Source of the DNA: Laetmonice hystrix
Lineage: Eukaryota
Length of the DNA stretch: 64,000 nt
Assembly: GCA_965235115.1 (NCBI GenBank)
Contig: OZ249441.1
Coordinates: 10,912,001-10,976,000, forward strand
Direction: 5' to 3'
The notes beneath the pieces are model-generated. The model was not told where the DNA came from. It saw only the letters and a list, made by a program, of their open reading frames with translations, and did not search any database. How positions within the stretch are numbered: the stretch's first letter is position 1; each line of letters opens with the position of its first letter. The position numbers and the translations under genes are program-made. Positions 13,071 through 28,100 of this stretch are shown piece after piece.

Positions 13071-14905
13071 TTATTGAGTCTTCTTTTCTTTAGAGGCTGC
13101 CTCCCTTGCTTGTTTCTCTGTGCGTGCCCTAACTTGAAGGTGGACGATGTACCTACAGGCCAGTAGGAGACCAAACACAAGGGCAGGCGTCATCTTGTCC
13201 ATACCATAATTCAGTGCATAATGTGTGTAGACAGACAGGCACATGATGAAGAACAGTAGGATGTTAGCAAGCTCCTTTAACGGTCCTGCAGAAGACATGA
13301 GAATTAATTATTTTATATACTATGCACTGATGTAATTTCTTTTTAAAACTTTTCATAATTTGATATACATGGTGATTCTAATTTTCTTTCAAACTTTCCA
13401 GTTATTCTTTAATAATTTGATACAGATGGTGATTCTTATTACTGACAGACTGCCTTCTGACAGACTGCCTTATTTCTTTTAACCAGATCTTCTGTAAATT
13501 ATTCTACTCGTTGTCATAAACTTAACACTATAATGTAATTTTCAGATGTTGCTAATGCTCTAGTAAAGGGTAAGCTTTGTTTGTTGTTATTTGACTGAGT
13601 ATTAAGGATAAGAAATATGTTATCGAGAGGTTTTATAAACAATAGATGACAAACCTGGAATGATGGCCATGAGAATGCCGCACACAACCTCTGAGGTCCC
13701 TATTACTTTTCTGTACATGTGAGCATTGGGTTTCCATCCTGTCTGTTCTGCAAAGGGGAAAACTTTGCTTTCCCTAATGAAAGTCTTTCTCTGTAATTAA
13801 AAAGAAGCAAAAAAAATAACAGCAATGACAAAGATTTGAGATAGTAAAGTAGATCTAGTTGGTGCTCCATTCCCCATGATTTGCAACTGACATAGTCAAA
13901 CCTTGTGTAGACTCCTGAATCAAATCACGCCCATAGACCCCATTCATAATGATGTCCGATAATTTCCTTTCTGATTGACCATTTCTGCCATATTTCTGTT
14001 CTCCCCCCCCCCAACACACACACACACTTACAAAATGCTGGATCCACACCCGTTTGTCTAATCGTGTATCAGTGATGTTGTGTTTTGATATGGAATATTA
14101 TGTTCATCCAAACTTGTCAACGCTTTTCCTGGGGCCGGTTTTACTAGTGAATGGGTTGTTAGGTCGAAAATAACGACCTAGCAACCATTCAATTTTATGT
14201 TAAATTAGCGACGTCCTTAAATAAGGACCTTTAGTAAAACCAGCCCCAGTAGCCTACATAGCACCTGTAAACTTGTCTGCTTTGAAGTGATTTAATGTTA
14301 TTCCAAAATTAGATCTAGGCCTAATTGTTATTCTTTTTTTTTTAAATCAAAGTCAAAGACTAGGCCTACACAATCAGAAGTCTTCTTTTTTTTTTGGGGG
14401 GGGGGGATATAGTATTTGTTTCACTTTATAATAATTTACATGATCAGTCTCAGGAAACTGCAAATCAAATTTTACAAATTACTCCTCAAAATTGCTCCAG
14501 GCCCCTCAGAACTTAATTCGAGCCTTGCCCTTGGTCTTGGACTGGTGTGGTCAGTGTGAAATTAGAGCCCAGGCTGCAGCCGTGTAGGCCCAGCCTCTGC
14601 CCAATCTAATTAAAATTAGATCTTGGTATTCCGCGTCTATAACTAAGACCTAATTTTAATTAGATTGAGCCTCTGCCCAGGCCAGGCCCAGGATAAGGCC
14701 AGCGGCCCAGTGCCGTGGCACCTCTGAAATTTTGTGGATAATTGTCTAACAGATAGTTCAACGGAGTTTCAAAATGTGCATGGGTAAAACTTACCATTTC
14801 CCTATAAACCTCTTCATTTATAGCGGGCGTAAGTTTTAATGTGCCGATAAGAATAAAGAAAAACCCTATTGTCATGGATAGAACGGTCAACACCACATTA
14901 GCCAT
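13071..14905 (-). CDS. TMEM35: TMEM35 family / NACHO nicotinic acetylcholine receptor chaperone, 153 aa, 3 exons
   Basis: Exons 14905-14795 (MANVVLTVLSMTIGFFFILIGTLKLTPAINEEVYREM), 13790-13655 (RKTFIRESKVFPF...YRKVIGTSEVVCGILMAIIPG) and 13285-13071 (PLKELANILLFFIMCLSVYTHY...ALVFGLLLACRYI...KEKKTQ*). GT-AG introns, 462 nt in frame. Matches TMEM35 motifs GTxKLTP, EVxCG and ALVFGxLLxCR. Confidence 0.93.
14129..14249. mobile_element. Fold-back MITE in TMEM35 intron 1
   Basis: Ends CTGGGGCCGGTTTTACTA / TAGTAAAACCAGCCCCAG (18 bp, 1 mismatch) plus an internal hairpin GAATGGGTTGTTAGGTCG...CGACCTAGCAACCATTC. Confidence 0.6.
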
Positions 14906-14924
14906 CTTGCCGGTGTGTCATGTG

Positions 14925-15238
14925 ACTTTAGGGGTTGTCACAAACAAAATTGGCCAGCCAACGTTGTCACCAGCCGCTTCACAACTTTAACTCTAGAGGG
15001 CGTTTGACTGAGAAAACAAATTCTGCATTCGGAAACTCTGAAGATGAAATACTAAAACATAAAAAAAAAAACATAAATGCACTTTAGGGGTTGTCACAAA
15101 CAAAATTGGCCAGCCAACGTTGTCACCAGCCGCTTCACAACTTTAACTCTAGAGGGCGTTTGACTGAGAAAACAAATTCTGCATTCGGAAACTCTGAAGA
15201 TGAAATACTAAAACATAAAAAAAAAAACATAAATGCAC
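14925..15238. repeat. Apparently identical 156-bp tandem duplication in the TMEM35-LANCL3 intergenic promoter
   Basis: Copy 1 starts ACTTTAGGGGTTGTCAC at 14925 and copy 2 at 15081; both carry the same A11 run; AC microhomology at the junctions. Confidence 0.9.
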
Positions 15239-15524
15239 ATTTTGACCGGTACGTCAGTTTCTACTCTGCATCCGACCTTACGGAGAGAAGCGACACTTGA
15301 GCCAGTTGTTTCAGCAACTGCCGTAAGATTCAACAAGCTACCATCAGACCCCTCTGGCGGGAGTGAAGTGAACTACTAGCGCAGGTGCGTGCCGAGACGC
15401 CGAAATGAGCCAGGGGAACCAACGACAGGCTTTAGCCAGGTTTATGTGACAACTTCCCAATTTTAGACTGTTTTAAGGACATTTGCTCCTTCTGCAATAA
15501 CTTTAGGTGTTATCGCCCTGAAGC

Positions 15525-17526
<2,002 letters not shown>

Positions 17527-17899
17527 AACACATATTTGATGTCTTTGACATGTGTTAGTATCCTTGCTTTATTTGTTTTTGTTGCAATCTAGTAGAAGTT
17601 CTTATTTCTTTTACCTTGAATTTACAAAGCTTGGCTGGACTGCCAGTGGCTTGTGCTGCGAAATCGATGGCGGTACAGTATTATGTGACTAGAAAGGCGT
17701 TATTACCCCCAGTACACTACAGTGTATTAAAATCTTTCCTATTCGGTAAGAGGATCACTTGTAGTTTGGTGCCAAACATTTTGCGCCACTCAGGGGGTCA
17801 GATGCAGTCTTAACCTATTGACATCTTGCTATAATAAGCCTATATTATATTATAACGGACCTAGTAGGACGTCGATCTCTACATCTATGGGATTATGTT

Positions 17900-17905
17900 A
17901 ATAAA
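17900..17905 (+). terminator. Possible LANCL3 polyadenylation signal
   Basis: AATAAA about 375 nt after the stop, followed by a T-rich stretch. Confidence 0.35.
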
Positions 17906-19168
17906 ACATAGCAAAATCTTGTCTTTATTCGCGTGAATATATTTTTAAAAAATTAATCGAGGCTATATGCATGAGATTCATATTGCCCAATCGTAAACTT
18001 ATGTGTATCTATAACTCGTTCTTACACGTTAATATTTCAACTACAAACTGACTGGTGACGTTGAATTGGTGCATTTTTCAAGTTCTAGATGTAGAGGTCA
18101 TTAAAATGACCCCATGTGTTAGTGTTTTGGTTTGAATATAAAATGAGTCTTCTCCAACCAATAGCAATGCTATGTTATTGAAGTATCATCGGCCCATGTA
18201 GAGCGCTGGTCGTAGAGAATGGTACGCATCGAGTAACAATCCTTCAGTCCAGTCCTTCCGCTTTCTGTAAGACCGATCAGACGGAGGACGAGCAGAACGT
18301 CCTGAGATTCCTTGGCCACCTTACCAGCTGCCCTTTGATGAGACGCCCTACTGAAAGGTGGACTCGAGAGCCTGATGGATAGATGTGGGAATTCCCGAGT
18401 CTGTGATTATCACTCTCAGACTGAGTGATCGCCACCTCGTGACCTTTCATTCAGAAAAATGTCAAAGTGATATTCTAACCCCGTCTCGCTTGTTCGTTAT
18501 GCGGCGGCAAATTGACACCAAGTGTAGGGCTATTGACACCAAGTGTAGGGCTCTAGAATATCTTTTTCCACTTGTGAGCTCGATATCCTCGTGTCGACCC
18601 TTAAGTCTCGTGATCCAAGAGAAAAGTATTCTCTATATATATACGGACACGTTCAGACAGAGACTGCTTTGTTCAAGATCTGCGGTAATTGTGTAGAATT
18701 ACATGTATTGCACAAGTAATTATTGTTCCAAATACACACGTACACCTATACCGGCCTATTGGGCAGATATTGTATGTATTTTATGGAACAGAAATTTGTT
18801 GGGTCAATATAATTTTACAAAGAAACTGCTAGGAAGTAGGCCCCTATAGGATCCATCCCTGTCGATTTAGGCTATTTGCACGATAGAAAACTCCACCACT
18901 ACACAGGCAGAATATTTCACATGGGATCTATTTCCCAAGGAAACTCGCTGATACCATTGGAACCACAACTATAATGTTACATATTAGTAGGCTACTTTAT
19001 TAATATTTTTCCGTTTCCCAACCAAGCCGATCGGTTAGCCGTAAGCACATCATGACAGGTGTTGGTCTATAGCCAACTTATTGGCAGGTGCAATGGATTA
19101 TCCGCGTCTCCGCATAATAATTTCAGGGGTTGTAGGCCTATACGGTAGTGTATTAGGCCTAGACTACA

Positions 19169-19805
19169 TTGCAGTCGCATACCCGGAAGTCCAGGTGGTT
19201 CGGTTCTCCTGGAATGAGGAAGTTTCCTGATGAGGTGATATTGTGTGCAGCGGGAAGCCAGCTGACAGCAGGAGAGCCCAACTGGGCTAGCTGCTGGCTT
19301 CTTAGCCACCGCACCCCGCCCCATCCCTTCCCCGCCCTCGTCATCCTCGAGGCTGATGTGGCGTGCATTCAGCATCCAAAACACAGCCACGCTGCTGATG
19401 TAGCTGTAGCAGCAGCAGCAGCCCACCTCCTGCCCGCCCGCTCGTGCTCCCGAACAGCTCCACGCCGTACGCAGGCCTTGCCACATCCCAAAGCCTGCCT
19501 GCCTGTCTGTCTGCCCAGCCTCCTCAATATGTTCTCAGCGGCTGGTGCGTGTGGCAGGGAGGATTGTTGTTATTGTTTTCTCCAAGGTCGACGACTGAGG
19601 GTTTGATCTGACGGACATCACGAGACGGTCTGTTTGGGTAGCAGGGAACATGTACTGTACACAGCCATGGGAAACACGACAGGAGTGAGGGTTCCGTCCC
19701 TGAGTGGTGACAGAACATCTCAGTGAGGACGTGGCTGTCACTGGGCCAGGGCTGGGTCAACCAGACGGGAGGACAACAGGAAACACTGCAGGCAGACCAC
19801 ATAAG
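19169..19805 (+). other. Candidate non-coding first exon of the 7TM gene
   Basis: GC-rich island ending in a strong donor AAG|GTAGGA at 19805/19806. The first coding exon has an acceptor (TTTCCCAG at 25098), so an upstream exon must exist. Joining here gives an in-frame upstream stop and two short uORFs. The link itself is unproven. Confidence 0.3.
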
Positions 19806-21736
19806 GTAGGAAGGCTTAATTAAAAAGTCATGTAGGCCGAGATTGTAATAATATTTTATTGGCCCTGGTTAGGCCGAAATCTGTGAATGATTGAACGTAT
19901 ATGAACAGTCAGAACGTCGGTGTTATATGATGGCCTACAATTTCACTATAGATTGCCGGAACGGCCGACGGCTTTTGTTTATGTGCGCCTACATATATGC
20001 CTACCTACAGCTGGCCTCCGTAGGCCCACACGTTTCCGTAGGCTATAGGGCCTAGAGGTAGGCCTACATCGTTCGAGTTAATTATGACCGGATTACGTGA
20101 CCATAAGATATAGGAGCCGATATTAATCAGGAGTATTACGAATGTTCCGTATCTTGATTAATTAAGATTACAAATTATAGAGTGGATGAATCTAGCAAAT
20201 CACGAATAGACTTGCATATATCAGGACGGCGCAGCATGACTATAACAGAACGAGTAGATTTAGCGAGTATATCAGTATCAGTCTGTTTATAAATTTGTAA
20301 AAGAAAATATCCCACATCTTCTTGTTTAGTTTACAAATACTGTTTGGTATCTCGATCATCGTCACTCTCGATTGTCGATCGTCACGTGGATGTGGGCATT
20401 ATGTTTGCTGCCATTGATGACTCACATGACAGAAAAAAGTTGTTTTTCTATAAGAGCAGTATGTCAGTATATTTATAGTCCTACTCCAAAAGAAACAGTA
20501 GCTCGATTAGTATGTACTGCATTTCCCAGTCACCACGGACCAGCTTCTGGGTCGAATAATTAAACAATGACAAATACACTTCTATAGATAACCCCCAGAG
20601 GCGGAAGAAGCATGGTCAGCGGTTAAAACTGGAAGAGAATGATTGGGACATGTATCTGAGATAACCATGTACAATGTATAACATTGCCAGATTATAAGGC
20701 CATGCAGGCATCAGGGCCCTGCTTCGACTGAGCTTGTCATTGTGATGTGTTAACTCCTGACGTCCTATAACGACAGGCAGCGAGGCGGAATAATGAACAG
20801 ATACCACCGCACATTGGTCCTGTGCCTTGCTCTACCTGTTATCGCAGCAATGTTCTGTTCCTTTCAATAAGCAGGAACCGGCGACATCTAAATTTATGCG
20901 GCATGCAAGGAGTTCGGTGCAATTCAGATTAATCACAATAATAAGTTTCTACTAGATTATTCAAGAACAAAGGGAACTTATCTCGTCATTCAATTAACAA
21001 TGAAAAATATAACTGCTATTGTTAGGAAGGCCCATGTCATGTTACATGAATAATGTACTTTCCACCAGTGTCGGATTGAAAAACAGGGATTTCGCCACTC
21101 AATGCCATATAATGTCTCCAGGTCTATTAATGGGGTCCTATAGAGCAGCTGGTCCATATGTGCGCATGGGTGCGGGTATAATATTATAAGTATGATACAT
21201 TGTATAGGCCTAATGTATGAATGATAATGGCGATAGCTAAGCTAAAATATTCCTTTCATTCAATTGAAATGATGCCTCCCAGAACTCTGGGGGAAACCCC
21301 GGAGACAATTCAATGTCTTCATTGCTGCGGGTATTAACTATGCAGATTTCTGGTACCCTTTGTTTTGTACGGTTACCGACTGGAAGGCACGAGCCGCGTC
21401 CTATTCCCACGAGCCTGTTCTCCTGAGGTGTTCCTGCCATTGTTTGACATTATTAAAGATAATTCCAGGAGACAAGACCGAGCGGCCCGGAGAGTGGGGT
21501 ACTACCCTCCAACAAGCCGCCCTTGGGGTGGTCGCCACGCGTCGCTACAAACCCGTGACCGATAAGGAAATCAATAAGAACAGAACCATGATGAAAACAT
21601 CAACTCTGCAGCACCAAGATAATCCTCGCTACATCCGGCAAGCAATTCGTGTGTTTATTATCTTTTGGAAATTCTTGCTAATCCTGGCTACCGAGAACTG
21701 GATCGGTCAGGACAGCACGGATTTCTGGGAATGACC

Positions 21737-22307
21737 GTTCCGACAAAATAATCAGTTGGTCTCGTTTCTCTATCTGTGATATAGCCCTGTGGGGAGTTGT
21801 CAATTGTGTTGGCGACTTTTGTTCCGACAAAATAATCAGTTCTCGTTTCTCTATCTGTGATAGCCCTGTGGGGAGTTGTCACTTGTGTTGGCGACTTGTG
21901 TTCCGACAAAATAATCAGTTGTTCTCGTTTCTCTATCTGTGATAGCCCTGTGGTGAGTTATCACTTGTGTTGGCGACTTGTGTTCCGACAAGATAATCAG
22001 TTGTTCTCGTTTCTCTATCTGTGATATAGCCCTGTGGGGAGTTGTCACTTGTGTTGGCGACTTGTGTTCCGACAAAATAATCAGTTGTTCTCGTTTCTCT
22101 ATCTGTGATAGCCCTGTGGTGAGTTGTCACTTGTGTTGGCGACTTGTGTTCCAACAAAATAATCAGTTGTTTTCGTTTCTCTATCTGTGATATAACCCTG
22201 TGGGGAGTTGTCACTTGTGTTGGCGACTTTTGTTCCGACAAAATAATCAGTTGTTCTCGTTTCTCTATCTGTGATATAGCCCTGTGGGGAGTTGTCACTT
22301 GTGTTGG
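21737..22307. repeat. Minisatellite, about 7 x 79-84 bp
   Basis: Unit GTTCCGACAAAATAATCAGTTGTTCTCGTTTCTCTATCTGTGATATAGCCCTGTGGGGAGTTGTCACTTGTGTTGGCGACTT; copies at 21737, 21821, 21900, 21982, 22066, 22148, 22232. Confidence 0.95.
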
Positions 22308-25105
22308 TGTCGTGTTCGGGATGAAACGTTGTGTGCTCAGGGCAGCTCGTCTCTCTCTCGATGGAGATATTTCGTTATGAGCGAGGAAGTCAACTGCAGT
22401 ACCATAATATGTTCAAGGTCAGACTCTGGCGGAAACTACATGATGTCATATGACCTCAGCTAGGATATATACTCGAACGAACTACGTGTATTTGATTGGG
22501 GGTTGTCGGCCGAATATACAGTCGGCATACTGGACCCATATAGGCAGACAGGGCTTCAAATATGCCAAACCTTTGATAGCTGCGCATGGAGCACTGGTTG
22601 AGAGGAATGATATACTGGAAAAGCCTCTTAAAGCCTTGCCACATGGATGGTTCTGCAGTGTTATAGATCACCCACTTCGCCACATCAGCCCTCACCCCAT
22701 TTATTGCCTGTTATGGACGGTAAGGGGTTGTCGGGAGCCATTCTCAACCCGGCCCCAAATGGGGATGTGTGCATATTTGTACGGGAATATGAAAACAACT
22801 ATGAAAACCAATGATTATGCTTGCGTGCTGTTTTACAAAGGGCTTTTGGTGGTATATGGGGCTCGTCTATCTGGAGAGAGATTGCAGTGCTCCATCGGGC
22901 CTCTTTCTTCACGGCAGGATCATAGGACAGAGAGACTCGGATCGCGGAGTTGTGGGCTTTATAACCCTATAGCCATGACTAGACAATATATTGTTTTCTG
23001 CAATGGAAAAATAGGAAACACCAAGAATGCCAACTATTGATGATGGATCTATTATCACTGCCGAGATGACAGGGTTCAACCTGAATGTTGACCTCCTATA
23101 CAGACATCGCTTAAGACCCTCTCTGCAGCCAGCTACCCGACATGCATGTGGTCGTATGTATTCTCAAGTGAAACAACGGCAGAAGAAACGCTTTTTGCAG
23201 TAATGACGTACGGAACATGGAACCATCTTCAGAAAATTGACTTTGACGATCAGTAGCCATGGGCAAAAAGCCCTAATTCTGTAAGAAAAGTGCATGAGAG
23301 CTGGCCAATTTCCAAGCAAGAGGCGAGAAGTATTAGATCAAGGTGTTATAGTTACCTCCGAGGTGAGCATCTCTTTCAGGCAAACTCAAAATTAATATAA
23401 TGATGCTTTGAAATCGCAGACGTTTTAGGACATTAGGAGATTTTCAGTCGATTCTATACCTTCAAATGTGAACCGTATCTTTCCTATAGATGAAATGACG
23501 TTTTGTTTCTGATATGTGGAGTTGACATGTGAATACTGCCGCCGTTAAATAAGCCGAGTGTTATAAAAGTCGGCGATTCCTGGGCAATGTGGTAAATGCG
23601 AGCCTTTTTCTGTGAAGTGCTTCGTCTGGCACACACCTCCGCGGTCACATCACCCGTGGTAGCTCTCTCAACCTGCCGCCAGTCTAGTTATAGGAATTCA
23701 GCTGGGCGGGATTTCTTCACGGCCTTTTAGACTGTGCATTAGGTCAGGTGTAATTGATGCCACCTGCTCGTTTGGCGGGTGATGCCAACTTGGACGTTTA
23801 TGATCATGGAAAAAGTGATGAGATAAAGCGACAAAGCGAAGAAACTGGCATTGTGCCTTGTAAATGAGAGTCAGTGAGAAGATAAATGAAAGATTGAAAT
23901 CAAAGGGAGATGGTTAAAAGAATCTGTCTGTGCTTTGAGCCAGATAATTATATATCCCTCTTTATGAAGCAGAATGTATACTTAAATGCCAAATTTATAA
24001 TATATCATCAAATTCAATAAAAAGCTTGACCCCCCCCCCAGCACAATGGAAGTTTTATAGTCTAAGTATTGTTGGATCCAGCCAATAGGCCCAGTAATAA
24101 TTAATCATTCGTTTAACGTTGTCAGAGCTGATATTTCTTGATTGTATCTTTCTGACAAAGAAATAATTTTGATGTTGAAATCGGGGAGCTGTGTTAGAAA
24201 AAGATGCAAATCAGTTCTAAAACGGTCAACCCGTTCTTTGGAGCCCTCACTGGATCCTCTACGAGAGATGCCTTCTGATATTATACAGTCCAGTTCAAAT
24301 CAGGGGCGATTGCTCCCCTGTCCCCTTAACTCAACTGGTTTTAAGGTTAATTTTATTGTTGATACTACTAACAGCAAATACCTTAACAGCTGACCCCTTA
24401 TAGGAAAGTCTGGTCCAGACATAATAGTTGCATTCAATCCTGATGAATTTGGAGTTGGGGAATATTGTCTGACAAATATATTAATTTTCACGCCATGCCA
24501 ACAGTTTACAAATTTAACGAGACCTGGTTTTAGTGGCTGTTATGTCGACGCTGCGCCATAACTTTGTGATCATATTTGCCATTTGCAAACCTGATTACTG
24601 TGATTAAATGATTGCATGTTGAGCTGATTATTATAAGATTTTTTAAACGAACTGTTAATGTAAATCGTTGGGGAATTTCCATCTACTACGGTTTCCTGGA
24701 TGGAAGATAGAAACCGTAGTATGTAGAAGGTAGGGTGGGCGGTCTTCCTGCACAATTTTCAAGGTCAACCCTTTGACTGCATATGGGTCAAACTGGCAAT
24801 GTAAGGTCAAATATTTATTTTGCCTGCATGCCCCCAAAGCAGCTATTGCTATATTAAATATTAGAAATTGGAAGTCTCAATATTATCAGTGGTATGATAC
24901 GCAACTATAGGGGGCATGCCAATCAACGCACCTCTTCCTTATGCAAAAATAGGGATGGAATCATGGATCCAGCTTTGTATTTATATTTCCATGTAATGCC
25001 TCGTTATCAAAACGTCAGTTGAAATGGAAATTCTCCATATACAGAGGTTTTTTAAACCAGTATCATAGTTACCATGGTTGATGTTTGATGTTTCCCAGAT
25101 CGGCG

Positions 25106-28100
25106 ATGTTTGACGACCTGTTGTGGACAGTGCCGGCCAACCTAAGCCGATGGGATGAATCGTTAGTCGTCGGCGGGGTGACAAATACCTCCTTCCGACA
25201 CCTCGGTAATGATACCATCAATGTCATCATCAAAGGATGTTTCTCCGACTTCAGCCCCATTGCATGTGTCAGGTAAGCCTCCTGTTTCTTTGTTGGGAAA
25301 CATGGAAGAGGGCTTTCGCTATAGAAAAGGACTCGGCAGAGTCCCCGACCAGTGTACCATCGCCCGGGATAGGCAGTGTCTGATTTGCAAATTTGATTTA
25401 GAGATTGATCTATAGATCAGTTCCAGACTATTTCACGTTTGCTCTGCGTTGTCCTGATTTTTTGGATCACCGCGTGACCATCGCGAGCTGGGGTTTGAAG
25501 GTTGTAGATGACCATATTCCGTAATGCTCGGCAGCACACAATGATAATCATGATCAGGTGTGATGGTGAGGAGGTACTACAATGCCCGTCCTATACCTTT
25601 TTTGGCCTAACGCGTATCCTATTATTTACATGCCAGGCCATGCACATGTGGTAATTATGGAGCTTCGCAGAACCGAACCGAAGCTCAATTATCAACCTGG
25701 AGTGCTTCTCCCAAATGAGCATTTTTCCAACCATGACCTTTTCCGAACTGCCACGAGTTGATCACGTATTTCCATTCCAGCCATGGTGCTTCATATTATC
25801 AAAGAATCAGCCATCAGTTTCGGCGGAATATATTTGAAAGGCTAGACATGGGCATAGAAGACCGAGGCCATGTAATTAAGGATAGCTGCATGACCCTATA
25901 GTAGGAGGTAGCAGGATGTAGACGGTATTAGATCAAGGCTTGCTGTAACATTGATCACAGTTTCTCACGAATCCTCTATGAAGGGGTCCTTCTCATGTTG
26001 GGCCCTTTCTTCTCTAAAACCAGCTGTGTGGTGCAGCCAGCCGTATGGCCTAAACACAGCTCGCAACTTAAGTATCAGGCTCTGATCCGGTTTCTATGGC
26101 GACACATTCTGATCTAGGAACCCTAGGAACCAACTGAGGGATCGATGTTAGCGTGGTACTGGTAGTTCAGGCGTAGATGGAGGTCGGAGTGGCACGACCT
26201 CCTTCTTCTCAATTCTCTGTACATGTACACATGTATATTATCTCTCTCCAAATTAGGCATAACGGAATTAAATACGGAACGTCGGCTATCCCTCTTCAAG
26301 TATTCCGCATTAAATCGCAGGGCCTACATTTTAGCATAGACGTAGATTAGATTAGTGTAGGTCTATGATTTTAGGACGATATTTGAGATTAGGGATAAGG
26401 TCTGTTAAAGCGACCGTCAGGAAGTTAACCTGTAAATCGTGTGTATTATGATTGCAGGAATGGAGTGATGTCGATACTGATGCTGTTGACGGGGGCGATG
26501 TGTGCTGCCAAAGTGTGCAAACTTCACGTGAACCATCACCCCACACTACATCAGTACACGATATTTTACTGCGCTACTCTCGAGTGTTTACTATGGTAAG
26601 TACACACCCGCACCATGCATACTCGCTTTATAATAACAGACCCGTAGACTGGTCTGCAAGTGGGGGAGCTATAGGGGGTTTACTTCCAAGTTAAGTGAGG
26701 TCAATACGGGCAGGGAGTCTATTTAGGAAGCCAGGGGCATGATCCCGGGACAAAATGGAATTACAGGATGCATTTCTTACCCTCTGGGAGCGAGGCTAAC
26801 TGTTTTATCAGCGTTCCACGGGCATTTAACAAATAGTTCATAATTCAGGTTTTTATCTTTACCATGGAGACCTTGGCCAGTTCTGTGGCTAGGTACGGGT
26901 AGGCCTAACCCAAGCAAGTATCCAACCTATGGACCTGACCAACCTATCGTTGTCTCTGAGTGCAACATGCTGTTACAACGGAAATCATGGCATTGCATGC
27001 AAGAAACTCTATTAGTCCTTTCAAAAAGTACTTATACCATGTGAAACTGAAAAAGATATGAATTGTGGAGCTAAACATCAGTTCTGAAAAAGGTACCCTC
27101 TGAGCCCAATTCTTGGAAGTTAAACTAGAGACGCGAGAAAAAAACTACAACAAAACCGTTGTTTACCGCATGGCGTCTGCAACACTGCAGAGATAGGAGG
27201 CCCGACTGAGGAGCATTAATTGTGGGTTTTAGACACCTCGGCATTGGATACAACCGTTCGTAAGACGATTAGCTCGAGCACTTTACAGATACCAGGGGCG
27301 TATTATTGAATCCTTTGCCAACCACGCGGGTGATGTAAGGAAAAGAACGGTTGCTACCGGCAGTTGGAATGTCTGTATGGTGAATAATTACTCTGAGCGA
27401 TGTAGTCTTCGACTGATCTGCAATCCGCCGCAGGGACACAAGGCAGTCTGGACTCGACTTGTATCAATGATACACCGGTGTGGCTTACAGTGTTATTTGA
27501 CGTAAGGCCTACTGGTATTGACCGTTCTAAAGCGGTTGATATTATATTGACTACTTTCATCCTTTATGTTTCATAAAATGTAGCCAGCAGCTCCTTTTGA
27601 TACACTGGTTTGAGGCTGTTATATTATCAGTCTTCATCCCAAATTCCTCCTTCCTTTATAGATCAAACCATGAACTGAAATGAAGTAAAGGCAACGTATT
27701 GTGGCTTGGAAGGGTAATGGAACGCCATTGGTCTTGGTTAGACCTATTTGGGAGATTGGATACATAGAAGTTTATTGTATGATTCCTGACGAAATTGGGA
27801 AATTCTCCATTTCTTTGCAGCGCTATTCACTGGTTGCTAGGACTTTACTCTCAACTAGACTTCATTGCCCAGTACCTGAAGCTCGTACAGTTTTTGGTGG
27901 TCAGTCATTTCTACTGGACTCTGGCAACCAGAGCTCTGCGTAAAGAGGTTCTCACTCACAGGTGAGAAGATATTTCACATCCCAGTATCATAGGATATAC
28001 ATGCGATTTATCTGTGATTAAGACACAATTAATGGGTCAATAACACATTGTGTTAATGTGTATCCCCGTATACTTCTAGGGTGCTGATGCCAGCCTTTGC

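Noticed and set aside
18330-18380. Degenerate hammerhead or C/D snoRNA (TTGATGA...GGACTCGAGA...CTGA)
   Set aside because: Core mismatches, no convincing stems or terminal pairing.
19067-19802. Overlapping 139-145-aa ORFs
   Set aside because: No recognisable domain; stop-poor because GC-rich; better explained as UTR or promoter.
21737-22307. CRISPR-like array (also considered for the 31-, 42- and 50-bp arrays)
   Set aside because: Units are contiguous with no unique spacers, the context is eukaryotic, and there are no cas genes.
22450-23040. 196-aa ORF
   Set aside because: No motif, no splice signals linking it to the 7TM gene, and not in its coding path; probably chance or decayed repeat.
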